A stretch of DNA of 64,000 nucleotides, taken from contig JBBRSP010000003.1 of the NCBI GenBank assembly GCA_038245295.1, forward strand, positions 64,001-128,000. The letters are read 5' to 3'. Made by a program: the position numbers and the translations under genes. Positions 58,289-64,000 of this stretch are shown piece by piece; within the stretch, counting starts at the first letter, position 1, and the number at the start of each line of letters is the position of its first letter. A model generated the notes under the pieces. The model saw only the letters and a list, made by a program, of their open reading frames with translations. It did no database searches and was not told the DNA's origin. This stretch comes from Candidatus Binatia bacterium. Its GTDB lineage: Bacteria > Desulfobacterota > Binatia > HRBIN30.

Positions 58289-60694
58289 TCACGCCGGCCC
58301 ATCGACGGTGCGCACCGTGCGCGCCGCGGGATCATAGATGACATGATCGAGTGTCGGCTGCGTGAATGCCTGTTGTCCGTCGATGAACAAGGAGAAGCCT
58401 TCGGGGATGCCGTCGTAACGCACTTTGCCGTCGGGTCTGTCCCAGACGATACGCAGATCCTTGCCGCGGTAGCGCAGGCGATCGATCAGGAAGTAGTCCC
58501 AATCGCGCGCCATCGGGTAGAGCTCGATCAGCTCGTCGCCACGTGGCGTCAGGCCGACCACCCCTTCGACGATGAGCGACAGATACATCGAATGGAAGTC
58601 ATGGGAGATGTCGGACGGCTTGGGACGCTGCACCGACTGGTTGGGCTCCCACTTCGAGTAGTACTCGTGCACGTTCGGGCGCCACAACGGATCGTAGGGA
58701 TTCACCCGCGGCAACATCAGGGCGTTGTAGCGCTCCATCAGATCCATGAAGTGTTTTGGCGTCACCGCGGTTTGCTTGTAATGCTTGATCGCCTTCAGCA
58801 CCGTGCGCGCGCCCATGCTGATCGGGTGGGGCGCGATGTTGCGGGTCAAGCCGTCCATGTCCCAGGTCCACTTCTTGTAGTGCACGAGGCTGGTGATCAC
58901 CGGCGGATACATGGCCCAGAACTCATTGGGATCGACGAGTTTGTTCAAGGCGCCGACGTAATGCCCGTCGTCGGGGGCGAGCTGCGTGGTGAACGGGAAG
59001 AAACCGTGCAGCTCGCGAATCGGCACGCGTGATTTCGTGTCGACGCTGCGCGGATAGAAAAACTGCGTCTCCGGATCCCACAGGTTCTGCAGGGTCGCGG
59101 TGCGGATCTTGTTGGCGATCTCGGTAAACTCACGCTCGATCGGCAAGTTTCCCGTGAGCTTGGCGAATTCGACCAGAGCACTGGCATTGGCAAATACGAA
59201 GCTGGCGAAGTCGACCCGCTCGAGAGCGGGCGGTTTTCCGTAGATGCTGAGCTTGATGTCGTTGAAATACCAGTACGAGAGGATGTCGAGGTCGTAGCCG
59301 GTGATGCGCGGGCGGTCGCTTTGCGGCAGGCCGTTACTGTCTTCGTCAAAGGTGGTCACCCAGGCACGCACATCGCCGGCCATGGCCGGTAGGAGTTTGC
59401 GCAGGGTTTCGGTTGGAATCGGGTGGACGCGCGAGAATTCGAGCAACGCGGCGGCGGCCCAGTGCGAGTACGATTCACCCCAGTAGGGGCTGCCGGGTGG
59501 ATCTTGAATCGCTCCGGTCGGCGCCAGGTTGCGATAGGCGTTTTCGATCTGGCTCATACCGTACGCCGGATCGCGCAAGTAGGTGAGCTCCTTCATGTGC
59601 ACGGGCGTCGCGAAGGTGATCGGGTTGTCGAACCCGAGCTTGCCTTCATAGAAGCGATAGCCCGAGAGGTCGGGCGTGTTGGCCTCGGTCATGTTGAAGC
59701 GAACGATCCAGGCGCGATAGTACCAGAGGCGTTTGAAGGCGGCGTCGGAGGCGTCGAAGTACGGCACGTTGTCGGCGTACCACTTCTGGTTGGCGCGCCG
59801 GTGTTGTTCGAAAAGGTCGTCGGCGATGCCAACGTTGTCGTTGCTGCGCTTCTCATTCTCATAGCTGGCGGCGATCTGGACTTGCGTCGAGCTGCCGTCC
59901 GCAGGCAACGAGATGTGCCGCCGTAAGTGGATGAGCCCCGTGTCCGTCTTGGTGAAACCGGGTGCATCCAGGTAGATGAACAGAGGCGAGCCCTGGTAGG
60001 CCCCGGCGCCGAGCAGCGGAAACTTCACCTCCTCGCCGCGCGGCATAGGGAGATAGGGAGCGAGCACCTCGATGTCGAGCTCATGCGCTTTCTTATCGGT
60101 ACTCTGCAGCCGCATACTCGAGACGGCGCGGTCATCGTAGGTGATGAACTTCTTCTCTTCGACGTTGACCCCTTCGAGGAAGTACTTCACTGCCGTATGA
60201 CTCGGGAAGCGTTCGATGCCGAAGGCGTTGTCGTAGATGACGACGGGTTTGCCATCGAGGAAAAACGTGACGTCGAACAGTCGCTTGCTGCAGAAGCTCG
60301 AGTGCAGGTAGCAGAACTTGCCCGACATGCCGGGCTGGTAGGTGACCTCCTGGCCCCACAAACGGCGACCGCATGAGAGGAGTAACTTGTCGTCGTCGAG
60401 GAGCAACTCGCGGGCCTGCTGCGTCGGCAAGCCTTGCGGCGGAAACATGAAGACCTGATGGCCGAGGACCGCGTCGATGTAGGCCTCGCCGCCCGCAGCG
60501 GCTGGGAGCTTGGCGTCGGCGGCTTCGTACTTCATCCACGATTCGAACAGCGCTGGCCCCGCCACTTTTACGGGGGGCGGATTTGCGGCCACGGGTGTGG
60601 CGGGTGCTGAGGTGGAGCTCGGCTGACACGCCGTGATCGTCACCGCCGTACCCAAGAGTCCGATGAAGGAAAGGATCCACAGAGTTCGCGTCAC
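58289..60694 (-). CDS. Lipoprotein glycoside hydrolase, (alpha/alpha)6 GH63/MGH1-like
   Basis: Lipobox ITAC; LWYYRAW, ITGYDLD, LWDPETQFF, HEYY, DFHSMY, C-terminal YRGKDLRIVWD. Confidence 0.7.
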   Translation of the reverse strand: MTRTLWILSFIGLLGTAVTITACQPSSTSAPATPVAANPPPVKVAGPALFESWMKYEAADAKLPAAAGGEAYIDAVLGHQVFMFPPQGLPTQQARELLLDDDKLLLSCGRRLWGQEVTYQPGMSGKFCYLHSSFCSKRLFDVTFFLDGKPVVIYDNAFGIERFPSHTAVKYFLEGVNVEEKKFITYDDRAVSSMRLQSTDKKAHELDIEVLAPYLPMPRGEEVKFPLLGAGAYQGSPLFIYLDAPGFTKTDTGLIHLRRHISLPADGSSTQVQIAASYENEKRSNDNVGIADDLFEQHRRANQKWYADNVPYFDASDAAFKRLWYYRAWIVRFNMTEANTPDLSGYRFYEGKLGFDNPITFATPVHMKELTYLRDPAYGMSQIENAYRNLAPTGAIQDPPGSPYWGESYSHWAAAALLEFSRVHPIPTETLRKLLPAMAGDVRAWVTTFDEDSNGLPQSDRPRITGYDLDILSYWYFNDIKLSIYGKPPALERVDFASFVFANASALVEFAKLTGNLPIEREFTEIANKIRTATLQNLWDPETQFFYPRSVDTKSRVPIRELHGFFPFTTQLAPDDGHYVGALNKLVDPNEFWAMYPPVITSLVHYKKWTWDMDGLTRNIAPHPISMGARTVLKAIKHYKQTAVTPKHFMDLMERYNALMLPRVNPYDPLWRPNVHEYYSKWEPNQSVQRPKPSDISHDFHSMYLSLIVEGVVGLTPRGDELIELYPMARDWDYFLIDRLRYRGKDLRIVWDRPDGKVRYDGIPEGFSLFIDGQQAFTQPTLDHVIYDPAARTVRTVDGPA

Positions 60695-61683
60695 ACTTCG
60701 CCTCGCAGCTTCAGTCCGGCCTTGTGATAGATCGCATCGATGACTCGCATGTTGCGCACACCGTCTTCCGGGTTGGAAGGCACGCTGCGCCCGTTGCGAA
60801 CCGCCGCCGCGAAGGCGCGCAGTTGGTGCGTGTACGTTGCGTCACCCTGCACGTGTTCGACGCGCGAGCCGCGTTCGTTGCGAACCGTGAGCCGATGATA
60901 GATGTGCGGCGCGATCGGGTTGAAAACCCGCATCTCGCCACGATCGCCGATGGCATGGGCACTCATGCGGAAGAGACTTGCCGACAGTAGCGAGCACAGG
61001 ATTCGCCCGCTGCGGCCGTCGGCGAAAGACATCTCGGCTTCCATGGCGCGGTCGACTTGTGACCGGATCAGCCAGGCCTGGGCGCGAAGCACTTCCGGTT
61101 CGGCGCCGGCCAGGTGGCGGAGAATGTTGATCGCGTAGCAGCCGGTATCCATGGTGGCGCCGCCACCGAGGCTGAATTCGTAGCGGATATTGTTCGGCAT
61201 CGGGAAGGGAATGCAGAACTCGACTTCGATGTGTCGCACGGTTCCGATCTCGCCGTTTTCCAACACTTCCTTCATGCGTGTGGCCAAGGGGTGATAACGC
61301 CAGTGAAAGGCTTCCATGAGGAAGAAGCCCGTGCGCCGGGCCGCCTCAGCCATGCGTTCGGCCTCGGCCGTGTTGTTGGCGAGGGGTTTCTCGCACAAGA
61401 CGTGTTTGCCGGCCTCGAGGGCGCGGATCGTCCAGTCGCAATGGTGGCTGTTCGGCAGTGGGTTGTAGATGGCGTCGATCTCGGGATCGGCGATCAGCGC
61501 CTCGTAGGAAGCGACAACCCGTGGGATACCATGCTTCGAGGCGAACGCTTGAGCGCGTGATGGATCGCGCGCCGCGACAGCGGCAATTTCTACGCCCCGT
61601 ACCTCGCGGGCCGGACGTAGCAACGCCATGGGCGTGATGCGTGCGGCGCCGAGGACACCAATACGAAGGGATCGATCCGCCAT
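60691..61683 (-). CDS. Gfo/Idh/MocA family oxidoreductase
   Basis: GVLGAARI, YNPLPNSHH, HVLCEKP, GGGATMDTGCY. Confidence 0.94.
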   Translation of the reverse strand: MADRSLRIGVLGAARITPMALLRPAREVRGVEIAAVAARDPSRAQAFASKHGIPRVVASYEALIADPEIDAIYNPLPNSHHCDWTIRALEAGKHVLCEKPLANNTAEAERMAEAARRTGFFLMEAFHWRYHPLATRMKEVLENGEIGTVRHIEVEFCIPFPMPNNIRYEFSLGGGATMDTGCYAINILRHLAGAEPEVLRAQAWLIRSQVDRAMEAEMSFADGRSGRILCSLLSASLFRMSAHAIGDRGEMRVFNPIAPHIYHRLTVRNERGSRVEHVQGDATYTHQLRAFAAAVRNGRSVPSNPEDGVRNMRVIDAIYHKAGLKLRGEV

Positions 61684-61688
61684 CGAGG

Positions 61689-62165
61689 TTACTTTGCGGC
61701 CGGGTGGTAGAGGACCAGCATCACGTAGATCAAACAGGGGCGCTCTTTGCCGGCGATGTGAACCTGGATCTCCTGCGTCATTTGTGTGCCGGCCGGCTTA
61801 GATTCGACGGCAACGAGGCGCGATCGTGCCTGGATCTTGGACCCGGCGGGCACCGGCGCGGTGAAGCGCAACTTGTCGGCGCCGTAGTTCGTTGCATTGC
61901 CGTACCCAACAATTTGGAAATTGGAGGAGACGCGCAGCTTGGGGATCAGGCTGAGGGTCAGGAAGCCGTGGGCGATCGGCTGTTTGAAGGGGCTTTCTCG
62001 CTTGCAGCGTTCTACATCAACGTGGATCCACTGATGATCGCCGGTAAGGTCGGCGAACTTGTTGATCATGTCCTGGGTTACTTCGAACTCGGGGCCGAAT
62101 GGTCCGAAGCTTTCGCTCACCTTGCTGCGCAGCTTCTCGATATCATCAAACCGAATCTCTTCCAT
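61689..62165 (-). CDS. MaoC family dehydratase
   Basis: FADLTGDHQWIHVD, IAHGFLTLSL, NYGADKLRF; AGGAGG RBS. Confidence 0.93.
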   Translation of the reverse strand: MEEIRFDDIEKLRSKVSESFGPFGPEFEVTQDMINKFADLTGDHQWIHVDVERCKRESPFKQPIAHGFLTLSLIPKLRVSSNFQIVGYGNATNYGADKLRFTAPVPAGSKIQARSRLVAVESKPAGTQMTQEIQVHIAGKERPCLIYVMLVLYHPAAK

Positions 62166-62294
62166 GGGAATGGTCCTCCTAAAGATATGTGGGGCCGTTT
62201 CTAGTCCAGGCCGAACCCTACGCCAAGCGGTTGTCACGATTCGTGCAGTGTACTTGGCTTATGTATGCCGAGGCGTACGGACGATGGAGGCTGT

Positions 62295-64000
62295 GTGAAG
62301 ACGTTGAATTGGCAAATAGTCCTGTCCCTCTGGCTGACCCTGTGGGCAGTGCGAGCCAACGCCTTGAGTGCGTGTAGTGCCGGCGACATCGCCGCCCAGG
62401 ATCCCGGATGCGGCGGCAGCGGTGCGTGTATCGTGACGCAGTCGTTCAATATTGCCGGCGGGTGCAATTTCGATTTTGGTCAGAGGTCGGTTCACATGAG
62501 CAGCGCGGCCGTCCTCCGGGTTGGCTCTCCGGTGTCGCTGCAAGCGGCCAGTCTCTCCATGGCGCCTGGCGCGTTGATCGACGGTAGCGGTTCGGCTGCG
62601 GCCGGCGACGGCGCGCAGCTCACGATCACGATGTCCGGAGCGATTACGATGCAGGGCACCGGCACGGTGCACTCGTCGATCAACGTGTCCGGGAACAATG
62701 GTGGAACGCTCCTCTTGTCTGGCTCCACTCTCGGCTTGCTGGGGCAGATCCGTGCTGATGGAACCAGCGCCACCGGTGGTACCTTGGCTTTGCTCGGCGC
62801 CCGCGGCGTCCAGGTGCTTGATACGATCAGCGCAAATGGCTCGAGCGCGGCTGCCGGCAACGGTGGTGGCATCACGATTGGCACGACGCTTGGCGACGTG
62901 ACGGTCAGCTCCAGCGTACAGGCGAAGGGTGGGGCTCCCGGTGGAATCGGTGGCGCGATTACGATCGAGGCGCAACACACTTTCGAGTTACAGAGCACCG
63001 GCTCCCTCTCGGCGCGCAGTGATGGCTCGCAGGGCGGCGGCGGGTCGGTGAGCGTGACAGCGCAGGGCATCAGCACGGCCGCTTTGATCGATGTCAGCGG
63101 GGGTTTCGAAGCTGGGACGGTGACGTTGAGTGCAAAGGGCAACATCACGCTCGACGGGCCGATTGATGCGACGGGGCGGGCCGCCGAAGGTATTGGCGGC
63201 GCGATCAGTGTCACAGCCGGAGACGGAGCTGCGGGCACACTGGTGGTGAAGAAGGACCTGAATGTTGGCGGCGGGAGCTGCGATCCGGATGCCTGTGGCG
63301 ACGCCGGACTGATCGACCTCGAAGGGTGCGTGATCGATATCCAGGCAAGCAGCAGTCTGTTGGCGCGCGCCCCGGGCGATGGCGGTGAGATTGGTCTCCA
63401 GGCGCGTCGTCAGTTGACGATCAGCGGCACGGTGAGCGCGGTGACGACTTCGGCCGGCGGGATCGATGGTGATAACACCTTGACCTATCCGATCGGCACG
63501 ACACCCAGCGTGAGCGGCGTGGTTCATCCGGATGCGGTAGCGGTGACGCAGCCGCTTTGCGCCTCGCTCACCGACACGGCCTGCCTGATTCCGTGTCCAA
63601 CGTGTGGCAACGGGCTGGTTGAATTTCCGGAGACCTGCGACGGCAGCAACACAGTCAATTGCGATGGATGTTCATCGTTTTGCGACGTCGAGACGTGTGG
63701 TCCGGGTGTGCCATGTCGCGAGACGTGTGATCCAACCTACGGCTGCGCCGTTGGTACTCCTTGCGTGCTGACGCCGACGCCGACGCCGACATCGACGCCG
63801 ACCGTGACGGTGACGTCGACGCCGAGCCATACACTTGCGCCCGGCGTGCCCACCTATACGCCGACGCAGACACCGACTGTGACGAAGACGCCGACCGCAA
63901 CGGCAACAATCACGTCGACGAAGACCCGCACGGCGACGCCGACCAACTCGCCAACCGTCACGCCGACGCCAACCCCGGTGACGCGCCACGATGCCTGGGT
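62295..64000 (+). CDS. Large secreted adhesin-like protein (Gly-rich beta-helical repeats, myxobacterial Cys-rich repeat, Thr/Pro linker); runs off the window end
   Basis: GGAGG RBS and GTG start. Hand translation: [32 protein letters not shown]...GNGGGITI...[27 protein letters not shown]...[11 protein letters not shown]. Not in the ORF track. Confidence 0.85.
   Translation, partial: MKTLNWQIVLSLWLTLWAVRANALSACSAGDIAAQDPGCGGSGACIVTQSFNIAGGCNFDFGQRSVHMSSAAVLRVGSPVSLQAASLSMAPGALIDGSGSAAAGDGAQLTITMSGAITMQGTGTVHSSINVSGNNGGTLLLSGSTLGLLGQIRADGTSATGGTLALLGARGVQVLDTISANGSSAAAGNGGGITIGTTLGDVTVSSSVQAKGGAPGGIGGAITIEAQHTFELQSTGSLSARSDGSQGGGGSVSVTAQGISTAALIDVSGGFEAGTVTLSAKGNITLDGPIDATGRAAEGIGGAISVTAGDGAAGTLVVKKDLNVGGGSCDPDACGDAGLIDLEGCVIDIQASSSLLARAPGDGGEIGLQARRQLTISGTVSAVTTSAGGIDGDNTLTYPIGTTPSVSGVVHPDAVAVTQPLCASLTDTACLIPCPTCGNGLVEFPETCDGSNTVNCDGCSSFCDVETCGPGVPCRETCDPTYGCAVGTPCVLTPTPTPTSTPTVTVTSTPSHTLAPGVPTYTPTQTPTVTKTPTATATITSTKTRTATPTNSPTVTPTPTPVTRHDAW

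Noticed and set aside
62255..62270. Sigma-54 motif upstream of the adhesin
   Set aside because: The GG-to-GC spacing is one base short

Overview
GC-rich chromosomal segment of a diderm bacterium. It looks deltaproteobacterial (Binatota/Myxococcota-like), which is an inference from gene content such as the myxobacterial Cys-rich repeat protein and sigma-54 motifs. Most of the window is core genome: a complex I cluster with only the seven membrane-arm genes (nuoA,H,J,K,L,M,N); tRNA-Val-thrS-rpmI-rplT-pheST-ihfA with infC absent; tRNA-Pro-surE-LysM/M23-apt-CHASE2 adenylate cyclase; tandem wax-ester/TAG synthases; a YdeP-type molybdoenzyme; two large TPR-containing regulators; argC; tldD-pmbA-rlpA; pilT-pilU; a FadR-type regulator with a diiron protein; a MaoC-Gfo/Idh-glycosidase-MFS run; and a partial large adhesin. 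The strongest candidate for an undescribed system is at 39.8-43.3 kb. There, a secreted His-rich leader ORF ending in an RGPP ribosome-arrest motif precedes a TonB-dependent receptor and TonB, and the arrest codons can base-pair with the receptor's Shine-Dalgarno sequence, suggesting a metal-sensing translational switch. The 50.3-56.5 kb region is accessory and decayed, with nested REP/MITE-like repeats and gene fragments. No rRNA, CRISPR-Cas or intact transposase was seen.
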